A stretch of 64,000 bases of DNA. Origin: Citricoccus sp. Its GTDB lineage: Bacteria; Actinomycetota; Actinomycetes; Actinomycetales; Micrococcaceae. The notes under the pieces are model-generated. The model was not told the origin of the DNA and made no database searches. It saw nothing but the letters and a program-made list of their open reading frames with translations. Position numbers and translations under genes: made by a program. This document shows, one piece after another, positions 19,031 to 28,970 of this stretch. Positions within the stretch are counted from its first letter, which is position 1. Each line of letters opens with the position of its first letter. Where the stretch lies: positions 2,399 to 66,398 of the forward strand of contig NZ_JALDXU010000006.1 in the NCBI RefSeq assembly GCF_032154715.1, read 5' to 3'.

Positions 19031-19154
19031 CTCGTCAGCCTACGGGTCAGTCACCGGGCCGGATGTCGTCCAAAGGGATGAATCTGGGTCGGCCGAGCGG
19101 ACCGAGAAGACCAGACCGCCGGCTGATCACGGACGTGGTCATCAACCTCAGAGG

Positions 19155-19655
19155 TCACGCGGTGACGCGCTCGACGAGGATGCCGTCGTCGTCGGCGTAG
19201 AGCAGGGCCCCGGGATGGAACTCGACATCATCGATCGTGACCACCACATCGGTCTCACCGGTTCCGGCCTTGGCGCTCTTCCGGGGATTGCTGCCGAGTG
19301 CCTTGATGCCCAGGGCCGTTTCCGCCAGCTCGTGCCGGTCGCGCACGGCGCCATAGACCACGACGCCGGCCCAGCCCTGATCGGCCAGGGACTGGGCCAT
19401 GGACCCGCCGAGCAGTTCACTGTCCAGGGTGCCCCCGCCGTCGACCACGAGGACCGCCCCCTCGCCGGGGGTGGTGATGAGGCGCTTCAGGAGGCCGTTG
19501 TCCTGGAAGCACCGCAGGGTCCGGACGGGGCCGTGGAACTGCCGGCGCCCGCCGAGGTTCTCGAGCCGCGTCGTCAACGAGGCCAACTCTTCGCCGCGCT
19601 CGTCGTAGACGTCGGAGGTCCGGATCACCGCGGCCGGTGTGGTGGTGCTGGTCAT
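19155..19655 (-). CDS. rraA: RraA family protein (RNase E regulator / HMG-CHA aldolase-oxaloacetate decarboxylase-like)
   Basis: The 166-aa product contains RTLRCFQDNG...GEGAVLVVDGGG...GWAGVVVYGAVRD, typical of RraA. The start is trimmed to the ATG at 19655. Confidence 0.8.
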   Translation of the reverse strand: MTSTTTPAAVIRTSDVYDERGEELASLTTRLENLGGRRQFHGPVRTLRCFQDNGLLKRLITTPGEGAVLVVDGGGTLDSELLGGSMAQSLADQGWAGVVVYGAVRDRHELAETALGIKALGSNPRKSAKAGTGETDVVVTIDDVEFHPGALLYADDDGILVERVTA

Positions 19656-19666
19656 GGATATGCCTC

Positions 19667-22399
19667 TCAGTGGGTGACCGGCTCGGCGCCGGCGTGGGAC
19701 AGGATGGTCGGGATGACCCCGCCGGCCCGGAGCAGGCCGGTCTCGAAGTCGGTCTCCACGGCGATGCGGGCCTCGAACCGTTCGGTTCCTGCCGCGCCCG
19801 CCGCGTCCTCCCCGAGGATGGTGACGGGAACCGTGGCCCCCGGAGCGACGCTGTGTGCCGGGGCGTCCACGTGCAACTGTTCCCCCGGACGCAGTTCGGA
19901 CAGCCGTTCCCGCCACTCGTCGGGGACCAGTAGCGGCAGAATGCCCATGCCGATCAGGTTCGAACGGTGGATCCGTTCGTAGCTGGACGCCAGCACGGCC
20001 CGCACGCCCAGCAGGCGTTGAACCTTGGCAGCCCAGTCCCGGGAGGATCCCATCCCGTACCGGTCGCCGGCGACGACGACGACCGGATCACCATCCGCTG
20101 AATAGCGCCCGGCCGCGTCCCAGATGCTCATCAGCTCACCGCTGGGCCCGTGCACGGTGTGTGCCGTCGGACCTCCGGGCGTCAGCGCGTTGCGGACCGA
20201 CTTGGCGTAGTAGGCGCCCCGGGCCATCACCTCCCAGTTGCCGCGCCGCGAGGCGAAGACGTTCAGGTCCTTCCGGTCTTCGCCCTGCCCGACCAGGAAA
20301 TCGGCGATGAAGCTGTCTTGCGGGATGGCGCTGGCCGGGGAGATGTGGTCGGTGGTGATGTCATCGCCCAGCACCAGGAGCGGATGGGCGGCATAGCGGC
20401 CCAGGAGCGTCCCCTGCCCCGGTGCGGCGAAGGGCGGTGGGCGCAGCATGGTGGAGTCCTCGTCCCAGGGGAACAGTGGACCCGTCGGCGCCTCGATCTC
20501 CTCCCAGAGCCGGTACCGGGAGGCGGCACGGAAGTCACGGGCGAAGTCGGACGGGTCCACGGCGTCGGCCAGGACCCGGTCGATCTCCTCGGCGCTCGGC
20601 CACAGGTCGGACAGGTAGATCTTCATGCCATCGGCGGCGACACCCAGTGGCTCGCTGGCCACGTCCCAGTGGGCGTCACCGGCCAGCCCGTAGGCGACGA
20701 CCATGGGCGGGCTCAGGAGGAATCCCAGGTCCAGGTCTGGGTGGACGCGGCCGGGGAAGTTCCTGTTGCCGGAGAGGATCGCCACCGGCTGCACGAGCCC
20801 GTTGGCCCGTGCCTGCTCGACCTGCGGAGTGAGGGATCCGGAGTTGCCGATGCAGGTGGCGCAACCGAATCCGACGATGTCGAATCCGACGGCGCTGAGA
20901 TCCTCGGAGAGCCCGGCGCGTTTCAGATAGCTCGCCGCAGCCGGAGAGCCTGGCGCCAGGGAGGTCTTGACCCACTCCGGCGGACGCAGTCCGTGCTGCC
21001 GGGCACGGCGCGCCAGGAGTCCGGCGGCGATCAGGAGTCGCGGGTCGGTGGTGTTGGTGCAGCTGGTGATGGAGGCCAGAGCCACCGGGAACAACGGCAA
21101 CGCCGTGTCCGGGGCGACGCTCGCGCGAGCCGAGCCGGCGTCGGCCCGGGCCGCCTCGGCGGGGAGCTGGGTCACGTCGGCAGGGAGCCGGGGCGGCTCG
21201 GTCGCGGCTTCCCGGTCGAGGGCGGCGGGGATCCCGCTGACCGGCAACAGGTCCTGCGGCCGCCGGGGGCCGGCAGCTGAGGTCTGAATGTTCGAGAGGT
21301 TGATCTCCACCGTGCGGGTGTACTCGGGCTCGGAGTCCGGTTCGAACCAGAGTCCAGTTGCCTGCGCGACCGTCCGGACCATCTCGATGTGGTCGGAGCT
21401 GCGCCCGGTGGACTGCAGGTAGGCCAGGGTGTGGTCGTCAATAGGGAAGTACCCGGTGGTGGCTCCGTACTCGGGTGCCATGTTGGCCACCACGGCCCGC
21501 TCCCCCACGGTCAGGGTGGCCACGCCGGGACCGAAGAACTCCACGAACTCCGCGGTCACGCCGAGCTGGCGGAGACGATGCGTGACGGTCAGGGCGAAGT
21601 CGGTCGCCAGCGCCCCGGGGCCGAGGGACCCGGTCAGCCGCACTCCGACCACGTCCGGGATCCTCAGGGTGGTGGGCATGCCGAACATCACCGTCTCGGC
21701 CTCCAGACCTCCCACTCCCCAGCCGAGGACACCGAGGCCGTTGATCATGGGGGTATGCGAGTCGGTCCCGAGCATCTGGTCCGGGATCACCCATTCGACG
21801 CCGTCACGTACCTCGGTGGTGACCACCGTCGCCAACTGCTCCAGGTTGATGGTGTGCATGATCCCGGTCCCCGGCGGATTGATGTGCAGGCCGTCCATCT
21901 CGGCAGATGACCATTTCAGGAACCGGTACCGCTCCCGGTTGCGCCGGATCTCCTCGCGGATGTTCACCGCCGGGGCATCCGGACGGCCGAAGGCCTCGAC
22001 CGCCAGGGAGTGGTCCACGGAGACCTCCACCGGCAGGACCGGACTGATCCGTGTGGGGTCACCGCCACTGGCCGAGATCGCGTCCCGCATGGCAGCCATG
22101 TCCACCAGGGCCGGCGTGGACGTCGTATCGTGCATCAGCAGGCGTCCCGGACTGAAGTGGATCTCGTGCTCGCTGGTGTGCTGGTGAATCCACCCTCGCA
22201 GCGAGCCCAGCATCCGGTCACGGTCGGGGCCCTGCACGCAGCGGCCCACGTTCTCCGCCAGCAGGCGCAACACCACTGGCCAGCGCCGGAAGCCCGGCCC
22301 CAAGGTCTGACTCGCGAAGAGAGCGGAATGCGGGCGACCCTTCACCATGACCGTACCGGCCTGGCTTGGGGTCGTACGGCCAACAGCTTCAGTGCTCAC
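19667..22399 (-). CDS. aconitate hydratase family protein (AcnA-like)
   Basis: The protein is 910 aa. Fe-S ligand motifs ITSCTNTTDP and GFGCATCIGNSG are present. The GTG start has an AGGAGG RBS. Confidence 0.85.
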   Translation of the reverse strand: MSTEAVGRTTPSQAGTVMVKGRPHSALFASQTLGPGFRRWPVVLRLLAENVGRCVQGPDRDRMLGSLRGWIHQHTSEHEIHFSPGRLLMHDTTSTPALVDMAAMRDAISASGGDPTRISPVLPVEVSVDHSLAVEAFGRPDAPAVNIREEIRRNRERYRFLKWSSAEMDGLHINPPGTGIMHTINLEQLATVVTTEVRDGVEWVIPDQMLGTDSHTPMINGLGVLGWGVGGLEAETVMFGMPTTLRIPDVVGVRLTGSLGPGALATDFALTVTHRLRQLGVTAEFVEFFGPGVATLTVGERAVVANMAPEYGATTGYFPIDDHTLAYLQSTGRSSDHIEMVRTVAQATGLWFEPDSEPEYTRTVEINLSNIQTSAAGPRRPQDLLPVSGIPAALDREAATEPPRLPADVTQLPAEAARADAGSARASVAPDTALPLFPVALASITSCTNTTDPRLLIAAGLLARRARQHGLRPPEWVKTSLAPGSPAAASYLKRAGLSEDLSAVGFDIVGFGCATCIGNSGSLTPQVEQARANGLVQPVAILSGNRNFPGRVHPDLDLGFLLSPPMVVAYGLAGDAHWDVASEPLGVAADGMKIYLSDLWPSAEEIDRVLADAVDPSDFARDFRAASRYRLWEEIEAPTGPLFPWDEDSTMLRPPPFAAPGQGTLLGRYAAHPLLVLGDDITTDHISPASAIPQDSFIADFLVGQGEDRKDLNVFASRRGNWEVMARGAYYAKSVRNALTPGGPTAHTVHGPSGELMSIWDAAGRYSADGDPVVVVAGDRYGMGSSRDWAAKVQRLLGVRAVLASSYERIHRSNLIGMGILPLLVPDEWRERLSELRPGEQLHVDAPAHSVAPGATVPVTILGEDAAGAAGTERFEARIAVETDFETGLLRAGGVIPTILSHAGAEPVTH

Positions 22400-22414
22400 G
22401 AGACCTCCTGGAAT

Positions 22415-22431
22415 GGTTACAGCTTATAACC
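22415..22431. promoter_or_regulatory. candidate GntR operator (GGTTACAGCTTATAACC) in the acn/gntR divergent region
   Basis: This imperfect palindrome shares the core TTATAAC with the stronger site at 23240-23267. Confidence 0.35.
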
Positions 22432-22491
22432 TGCAATCTAGTGTACCTGCTCCTATACTGAGTTCACCATCCAGCCCACCCGAGGAGCCCC

Positions 22492-23175
22492 ATGGCTGCG
22501 CCCCGCGGCAGCGTGTTCACCAAGAACGACTACGCCTATGTGGAACTGCGCGACCGGATTCTCACCGGCGTGCTCCCCGCCGGCTCCGTGCTGCCCCAGG
22601 GGCGCCTCGCCCAAGAGATCGGCGTCAGCACCACTCCGCTCCGCGAAGCCGTCCGGCGCTTGGCAGCCGAGGGCCTCATCCTGCTCGAGGCCCACCGCGA
22701 CGCCCGAGTGGCCGAGGTGACCGCGGCAGAGGCACGCCACCTCTATGAGGTCCGCGCCAGCGTGGATCCCCTTGCCGCCTCCCTGGCTGCGAGCCGACGC
22801 ACCGACGAGGATCTCGAGCAGCTCCACCGAGCCGAGGCCGATTTGCGTCCCCTGGGCGGCAACGCCACTCTCGACGCGCTCATTGCCCACCGCGAGTTCC
22901 ACCGCAGCATCTACCGCGCCTCGGGCAACCCGCTTCTCGTCGACATCCTGGAGCGCCTGTGGGACAAGGCCGACCGCTACCGCATGGTCGCCCTGGAAAC
23001 GCGGCGAGACTCCGAGGAGGATTCACGCCGCGTCGCCAAGGAGCATCGGCAGATCGCTGCGGCCGTGGAAAGCGGCGACGCGGACGCGGCCGCTCAGGCC
23101 ATGCGCGTCCACATCGACAAGAGCCTGGGCCGCCGCGCCATCGCGGCTCTCGAAGCGGGCGACTCACGCGCCTGA
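22492..23175 (+). CDS. GntR family transcriptional regulator (FadR/FCD subfamily)
   Basis: There is an N-terminal winged HTH (LPQGRLAQEIGVSTTPLREAVRRLAAEGLI) and an FCD-like C-terminal domain. Confidence 0.9.
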   Translation: MAAPRGSVFTKNDYAYVELRDRILTGVLPAGSVLPQGRLAQEIGVSTTPLREAVRRLAAEGLILLEAHRDARVAEVTAAEARHLYEVRASVDPLAASLAASRRTDEDLEQLHRAEADLRPLGGNATLDALIAHREFHRSIYRASGNPLLVDILERLWDKADRYRMVALETRRDSEEDSRRVAKEHRQIAAAVESGDADAAAQAMRVHIDKSLGRRAIAALEAGDSRA

Positions 23176-23239
23176 GCCCCTCCCCTGCTCCGACCTCTCG
23201 GCCGGATTTACCGCCATTCGTCTGACGTGTTGCACATCA

Positions 23240-23267
23240 CAGGCTGTAGGTTATAACGTATAGCCTG
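23240..23267. promoter_or_regulatory. candidate GntR operator, 28-nt near-palindrome CAGGCTGTAGGTTATAACGTATAGCCTG
   Basis: By hand comparison, 24 of 28 positions are self-complementary. The perfect core is GTTATAAC. The site lies about 57 nt upstream of tctC. Confidence 0.5.
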
Positions 23268-23323
23268 CCGTCGGAGAGTCTGATGGTCCGGTCATTGCAC
23301 CGGGTACCGGAGGAGAACACTCC

Positions 23324-24340
23324 ATGGCACGAGCAGCAACCGCTGGCCCGTCCCGTTCTGCCGGGCGGACCGTCGCGACCGTCATCGCCGCCCTGGTGGG
23401 TGCCGCCTTGATCGTGTTGGCCGTAATCGATGCCTCGGCATCCGCGGGCAGTGCGAACGCCCGGAACCAGACCACCCTGATTGCCCCGGCCTCGGCTGGC
23501 GGTGGCTGGGACGGGGCAGCCCGCGAACTCCAGCAGGTCATGCGGTCCGAGGGGATCGTCAACAACGCCCAGGTGGTGAACATCCCCGGGGCCGGCGGCA
23601 CAATCGGTTTGAGCCAGGTCTCGGGCATGAGCGGTGACGCCTCCACCCTGATGGTCATGGGCATCACCATGCTCGGCGCGATCAACATCAACGGGTCCGG
23701 GGTGGACATGGACGACATCACGCCCATCGCCCGCATCACCGATGACTACGACGTCCTGGTCGTCCCCGCCGACTCGCCGTACGACTCCGTGGACGATCTG
23801 GTGGCCGCGTGGGCCGAGGATCCCCGGAGTTTTCCGTTCGGCGGTGGGTCACTGGGCAGCGTTGATCAGATGATCATCGCCCAGCTCGCCCAGCAGGCCG
23901 GCATCGATCCCACGGACGTCAACTACATCGCCTATTCCGGTGGCGCCGAGCTGGCGACGTCCCTGCTCTCCGGCACCATCGACGCCTCCGTCAGTGGCTA
24001 CGCGGACTTCAAGGGCCAGATCGAGGCCGGGAAACTCAAAGCCTTGGCCGTGTCTGCGCCAGAGCCCGTGGAATCCCTGCCCTATCCCACTCTGGTGGAG
24101 GAGGGCTACGACGTGGTCCTGACCAACTGGCGCGGCATCGTGGCCCCACCCGGCATCACCGAGGAGGAACGGGCCGAGCTGGAGGACATCGTCACCGAGA
24201 CGGTGTCCACCCCGGCCTGGGCGGATGCCCTGGAACGCAACCAGTGGACCGATTCCTTCCTCGTCGGCGAGGAGTTCGAGCAGAACCTGGCCGAAGAGCG
24301 CGCCACGGTCGACCAGATCTGGTCCGACCTCGGTTACTGA
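23324..24340 (+). CDS. tctC: tripartite tricarboxylate transporter substrate-binding protein (TctC/Bug family)
   Basis: There is a signal-anchor N-terminus. The size and the context with tctB and tctA fit the Bug family. A GGAGGAG RBS precedes the start. Confidence 0.85.
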   Translation: MARAATAGPSRSAGRTVATVIAALVGAALIVLAVIDASASAGSANARNQTTLIAPASAGGGWDGAARELQQVMRSEGIVNNAQVVNIPGAGGTIGLSQVSGMSGDASTLMVMGITMLGAININGSGVDMDDITPIARITDDYDVLVVPADSPYDSVDDLVAAWAEDPRSFPFGGGSLGSVDQMIIAQLAQQAGIDPTDVNYIAYSGGAELATSLLSGTIDASVSGYADFKGQIEAGKLKALAVSAPEPVESLPYPTLVEEGYDVVLTNWRGIVAPPGITEEERAELEDIVTETVSTPAWADALERNQWTDSFLVGEEFEQNLAEERATVDQIWSDLGY

Positions 24341-24387
24341 GCCTGCTCCCCCACACATCGTGCACCTCCTGTGAAAGGAACCCCGTC

Positions 24388-24783
24388 ATGACCATCCTCG
24401 TTGCCTACTCGCACACCGACGAAGGCGCCGCCGCCCTCGTCCACGCGGCCCGACTCAGCGCCAAGGACGCCCTGGACCTTGTCGTCTTCGATCTCGATGC
24501 CTCATCCACCGCGGACGACGGCTCCATCGCCCCCGGACATCTGCCCGAAGGTGCCGTCTCGGACGGACAGATCGTGTCCTGGCGCGGCCCGGACCACCAG
24601 TCCCAGGACGCGGCCGGTGACCTACTGGACGTGGCCGAGCAGATCGGTGCGTACGCGATCGTCGTCGGCGTCCGCCGCCGCTCCCGCGTGGGCAAACTGA
24701 TCCTCGGCTCGATGGCGCAGAAGATCATCATCGACGCCAACGTCCCCGTGATTGCTGTCAAGGCGGACCAGCATGAACGCTGA
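24388..24783 (+). CDS. universal stress protein (UspA family)
   Basis: MTILVAYSHTDEG...IVVGVRRRSRVGKLILGSMAQKIIIDANVPVIAVK is a typical Usp fold signature. An AAAGGAA RBS precedes the start. Confidence 0.75.
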   Translation: MTILVAYSHTDEGAAALVHAARLSAKDALDLVVFDLDASSTADDGSIAPGHLPEGAVSDGQIVSWRGPDHQSQDAAGDLLDVAEQIGAYAIVVGVRRRSRVGKLILGSMAQKIIIDANVPVIAVKADQHER

Positions 24784-25381
24784 GCACCAGACGTCCCGAC
24801 CGGCCGAGCGCACCGCCGACGCCGGGACCCCTACTTCCACTCAGCGGGGCGCCCGCACCGCCCCCTTCTGGCAGGGCCGTGGCGCCTTGGTCATCGCGGC
24901 CCTGATCTTCGCCCTGGCCGTCTACCTCACCATCGGGCTCCTCACCATGGACGTTCCGGAGAGTGCCGAGGCACCGGGACCAAAGTTCTACCCGACGCTC
25001 CTGGCCATCGGGTCCTATCTCCTCACCATCCTGCTGGTCATCGACACCATCCGGCGGCCTCAATCGGGCACGCCGGACATCGCGCCGGAAGCGGATGAGG
25101 AGACGGCCACCGCGACGGCAGCAGCTGCCGCGGCGCCGACCGACCCGAAGGCCGTGGCGATCGGCGTCGCTGCCTTCCTCGTCTTCGCGCTCATTCTGCA
25201 GCCGCTCGGCTGGTTGCTGTCCGCCGCCGCGTTGTTCTGGGTCATGTCCATGGCCCTCGGTGCGCAGCGACGGCTTCTCAGCCTGGGCATCGGACTCGTG
25301 CTGTCCTCGGCCGTCCAGGTCGCGTTCTCCATGGGACTGGGGCTCACCCTTCCCGCCGGCATCCTCGGAGGGATCTTCTGA
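24773..25381 (+). CDS. tctB: tripartite tricarboxylate transporter TctB family small membrane protein
   Basis: This is a 4-TM small protein immediately upstream of tctA (ATGA overlap at 25381). The start is uncertain (24752 or 24773). Confidence 0.7.
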   Translation: MNAEHQTSRPAERTADAGTPTSTQRGARTAPFWQGRGALVIAALIFALAVYLTIGLLTMDVPESAEAPGPKFYPTLLAIGSYLLTILLVIDTIRRPQSGTPDIAPEADEETATATAAAAAAPTDPKAVAIGVAAFLVFALILQPLGWLLSAAALFWVMSMALGAQRRLLSLGIGLVLSSAVQVAFSMGLGLTLPAGILGGIF

Positions 25382-26886
25382 TGGAATCACTGAACCTCCT
25401 CATGGAGGGCTTCGGGCAGGCCCTGACGCCCATCAACCTCCTGTGGGTCTTCCTGGGCGCACTCCTCGGCACCGCCGTCGGCGTTCTGCCGGGCCTGGGA
25501 TCCTCGATGGCCGTGGCTCTGCTGCTGCCGGTGACCTTCAGCCTGGACCCGACCGCGGCGTTCATCATGTTCGCCGGCGTGTACTTCGGTGGCCTGTTCG
25601 GTGACTCCACCATGGCGATCCTCGTCAACACCCCGGGCGGGGCGACCGCCATCGCCACCTCCTTCGAGGGACACCGCATGGCCCAGCTTGGCCGCGCGCC
25701 GCAGGCCTTGGCCACGGCTGCGATCGGCGCGTTCCTGGGCGGCCTGGTGGCCACCACCATCGTCGTGTTCTTCGCACCGGTCCTGGCCGAGCTGGCCCTG
25801 TTCTTCGGGCCGGCGGAGTACTTCGCGCTGGCACTCTTCGCCTTCCTCGCCACGGCATCGGTGGTCTCCGACTCCGTCATCCGGGGCCTGGTGTCCCTGA
25901 TGATCGGCCTCATCCTCGCCGTGGTCGGCATCGACGGCATCTCCGGCACCCAGCGGTTCACCTCGGGCGTCCCGGAGCTCTTCGACGGCATCAGCATCAT
26001 CGTCATCACCGTGGGCGTCCTCGCCCTCGGTGAGGTCTTCAAGGTGGCCTACGAACGCCACCAGCCACAGCCGACGGTGGGCAAGGGCGCTGCGGGCCGT
26101 CCGTTCCTCTCCCTGCGGGAGTTCAAGGAGGCCCTGCCCGCCTGGCTGCGGGGCACCGCCTTCGGTGTGCCGTTCGGCGTCATCCCCGTGGGCGGCGCCG
26201 AGGTGCCCACCTTCATGGCCTACGGCACCGAGCGGCGGCTGGACCGCCGGCGTCGGAATCCGCAGTTCGGCAAGGGCGCCATCCGCGGCGTGGCCGGCCC
26301 GGAAGCCGCCGGCAACGCCACCGCCGGCACGGCGATGGGCGCGCTGCTCGCCATGGGACTGCCCACTTCCGCGACGGCCGCCATCATGCTGGCTGCCTTC
26401 CAGCAGTATGGCCTGCAACCGGGGCCGATGCTGTTCGAACGCAACGCGGACTTGGTGTGGCCGCTGCTGGCCTCGCTGTTCATCGGGCTCGTGGTGCTAT
26501 TGATCCTGAACCTGCCGTTCGCGCCCTTGTGGGCCAAGCTGCTCCTGGTCCCCCGGCACTACCTGTACGCCGCGATTACGATGTTCTGTGGCCTCGGCGT
26601 CTACGCCACCTCGGCTGCTGTCACCGACCTGTTGCTTGTCCTGGCGATCGGCTTTGTCGGCTTCCTGATGCGACGGTTCGACGTCCCGATCGCCCCCCTG
26701 ATGATCGGCGTGATCCTCGGACCACTGGCCGAGACCAGCCTGCGGAACGCACTGCTCTCCTCGGGCGGCGAGGTCTCCATCCTCTGGTCCAGCTCCATCA
26801 CGTGGGTTCTCTATGGACTGATGGCCGCCGTCCTCATCGTCACCGCCTGGCGCCGACTCCGTCAGACGAAGGAACGTGATATCTGA
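25381..26886 (+). CDS. tctA: tripartite tricarboxylate transporter permease TctA
   Basis: The 501-aa multi-TM protein has the family-typical N-terminus [20 protein letters not shown]. Confidence 0.9.
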   Translation: MESLNLLMEGFGQALTPINLLWVFLGALLGTAVGVLPGLGSSMAVALLLPVTFSLDPTAAFIMFAGVYFGGLFGDSTMAILVNTPGGATAIATSFEGHRMAQLGRAPQALATAAIGAFLGGLVATTIVVFFAPVLAELALFFGPAEYFALALFAFLATASVVSDSVIRGLVSLMIGLILAVVGIDGISGTQRFTSGVPELFDGISIIVITVGVLALGEVFKVAYERHQPQPTVGKGAAGRPFLSLREFKEALPAWLRGTAFGVPFGVIPVGGAEVPTFMAYGTERRLDRRRRNPQFGKGAIRGVAGPEAAGNATAGTAMGALLAMGLPTSATAAIMLAAFQQYGLQPGPMLFERNADLVWPLLASLFIGLVVLLILNLPFAPLWAKLLLVPRHYLYAAITMFCGLGVYATSAAVTDLLLVLAIGFVGFLMRRFDVPIAPLMIGVILGPLAETSLRNALLSSGGEVSILWSSSITWVLYGLMAAVLIVTAWRRLRQTKERDI

Positions 26887-26919
26887 CGCGGACACCCCTT
26901 GATCCAGCAGAAGAACGAC

Positions 26920-26951
26920 GTCGGCCCCGGCACCTCACTGCCGGGGCCGAC
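26920..26951. terminator. bidirectional stem-loop terminator between convergent tctA and araC
   Basis: There is a perfect 13-bp stem, GTCGGCCCCGGCA / TGCCGGGGCCGAC, with a 6-nt loop. Confidence 0.6.
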
Positions 26952-26962
26952 ATCGTTGGACG

Positions 26963-27934
26963 TTATTCGGCAGTCTCCGCCACGGCCGACGGCCGGCTCT
27001 GCACCCGGTATCTGCTGGGTCTGACACCGTACTCCCGGGTGAAGGCGGCGCTGAGGGCGAAGGCGCTCGAGTAGCCGACCTGCCGGGCGATCGACTCCGT
27101 GGTGTCCTCCCGTTCCTGCAGGAGGTCCGCGGCCAGGCACAAGCGCCACCCGGTCAGGTAGGAGATCGGAGGTTCGCCCATCACCTCGGTGAAACGACGG
27201 GCGAACGTCGCCCGCGAGACCTGCACGCGGCGGGCCAACGAGTCAACGGTCCAGGCCCGCGCCGGATCGGCGTGGAGTGCCCCGAGCGCGGGGCCGACGA
27301 CGGGATCCCCGGCCGCCCCGTACCAGGCGGGGACGTCCGTGTCCGGCAGCGCGAACCAGTCCCGCAGTGCCCCGATCAGCACGAGATCCAGGAGCCGGTC
27401 CAGCACCGCCTGCTGTCCGGGTTCGCGGTTCTCGAGTTCGGACTCGAGCAGCCCCAGCGCCCGTGATCTCTGATGGGCGCCAGGGACCACGACGACGTTC
27501 GGCAGGGCATCGAGGAGCCGCCCGGCGATCCTGCCGGAGGTCGGGAAGGACCCGGCGAGCAAGACATGCTCTGAGTCCAGCCCCGCCTCGTCAGCCACTC
27601 GCCCGAGTCCACCGTGCCCTGCGGAGAGGCGCTCCCCGGTCTCCTCGAGGCAGACCCCCTCGGCGGTCAGCACACACGCGGTGGGGATCCGCCCGGTGGG
27701 GTCGCTGGACAGAAGCGTGGACCTCGAGCCGGTGAGGATCGCGAGGTCGCGGGTGCCCAGGCGTAGTGGATCCTCCCCGTCCCGCCGGAGCCAGGCCTCG
27801 CCCCGGAGCATCACCAGGACGGTGATCGAGGCACCACCCTCCTGACGGATCGCCCAGGGCGGGGAGAGCAGGTTCTGGCCGATCAACGCCCCGGAGGAGC
27901 GGATGTTCTCCAGCACTTCACTCAGCGTGTCCAC
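26963..27934 (-). CDS. AraC family transcriptional regulator (cupin-type N-domain)
   Basis: The C-terminal double HTH reads SRATFARRFTEVMGEPPISYLTGWRLCLAADLL...ARQVGYSSAFALSAAFTREYG. Confidence 0.85.
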   Translation of the reverse strand: MDTLSEVLENIRSSGALIGQNLLSPPWAIRQEGGASITVLVMLRGEAWLRRDGEDPLRLGTRDLAILTGSRSTLLSSDPTGRIPTACVLTAEGVCLEETGERLSAGHGGLGRVADEAGLDSEHVLLAGSFPTSGRIAGRLLDALPNVVVVPGAHQRSRALGLLESELENREPGQQAVLDRLLDLVLIGALRDWFALPDTDVPAWYGAAGDPVVGPALGALHADPARAWTVDSLARRVQVSRATFARRFTEVMGEPPISYLTGWRLCLAADLLQEREDTTESIARQVGYSSAFALSAAFTREYGVRPSRYRVQSRPSAVAETAE

Positions 27935-28037
27935 GCTGTCAGGTTAGACGATCACGCATCGATTCCGGAGTTCCAGATATTCTCTGTCTGATCGGCGTGC
28001 GGTGGACTGGTGATTCCCCAACACCAGGAGAGACACT

Positions 28038-28970
28038 ATGCCCGTCAATCATCCCCCCGTCCCCGGCTCCGCCCTCTGGGTGCTCGCCCACCCCCGCCCG
28101 AAGTCGCTGAACGGCCACCTGTACCGCGCCGGCGTCGAGGCCTTGTCCCGGGACCACGATGTCGCCACCTCGGACCTCTACTCCCTGGGGTTCGACCCCG
28201 TCTTCGGCCGAGCCGACCTGGGCGAGCCGCACGACCGGCCGGGGAACCTGGCCGAGCTCGCCGGACAGGCCTACTCCCGCGGCGAGCTCCCGGCGCAGGT
28301 CCAGGCCGAGCACGCGAAGCTCGCCGCCGCGGAGCTGCTGGTCCTCCAGTTCCCCCTGTGGTGGTACGGCCCGCCAGCGATCCTCAAGGGCTGGCTGGAC
28401 CGCGTGCTGACGGACAGCTTCGCCTATGACAACGAGCTGGACCCGGACGTGCACCTCCCCCGCCGCTACGGGGATGGCGGACTCACCCGGCGCAAGGCCC
28501 TGATCATCGTCACCGCCGGGGAGGACGAGCGCACCATCGGCCCCCGGGGGCTCAGCGGCGACCTCGACTCACTGCTGTTTCCGCTGACGCATGGAGCCCT
28601 CTGGTACGTCGGCATCGACGCCCTGGATCTGCACGTGGTCCACGATGCCGATTCCCTCGCCGCGGGAGATGTCGAACGGGAGCGCGAGCGGCTCCTCCGC
28701 CGGCTCCAGGGAATCGACAGCGAACCGAGCCGCCCCTACCGGAGCCTCCGCGATGGCGACTACCCCTCCGATCTGCGCGCCCTGAATCCGGACCTGCTGC
28801 CCGGTCGCACGGACCTCGGCATCCACCGCCGCGAACCCCGGGCCCACACCCTGCCGGCCGGGGCCGACGCGTGGCCGATCACGACCCGAAGCCCGGACCC
28901 TGGCGCACCGGAGTACATGGCCTTCAGCGTTGCCTCGGACGACGGCGCTTCTCGAGCTGCCAGACGGTGA
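28038..28970 (+). CDS. NAD(P)H-dependent oxidoreductase (flavodoxin-like fold, NQO/quinone reductase type)
   Basis: LWVLAHPRPKSLN...LVLQFPLWWYGPPAILKGWLDRV is typical of the Flavodoxin_2 family. An AGGAGAG RBS precedes the start. Confidence 0.75.
   Translation: MPVNHPPVPGSALWVLAHPRPKSLNGHLYRAGVEALSRDHDVATSDLYSLGFDPVFGRADLGEPHDRPGNLAELAGQAYSRGELPAQVQAEHAKLAAAELLVLQFPLWWYGPPAILKGWLDRVLTDSFAYDNELDPDVHLPRRYGDGGLTRRKALIIVTAGEDERTIGPRGLSGDLDSLLFPLTHGALWYVGIDALDLHVVHDADSLAAGDVERERERLLRRLQGIDSEPSRPYRSLRDGDYPSDLRALNPDLLPGRTDLGIHRREPRAHTLPAGADAWPITTRSPDPGAPEYMAFSVASDDGASRAARR

Noticed and set aside
18042-19982. A 646-aa plus-strand ORF spanning the histidine kinase, rraA and aconitase 3' end.
   Set aside because: It crosses three well-supported minus-strand genes and two intergenic regions, with a low-complexity Ser/Arg/Ala/Pro product.
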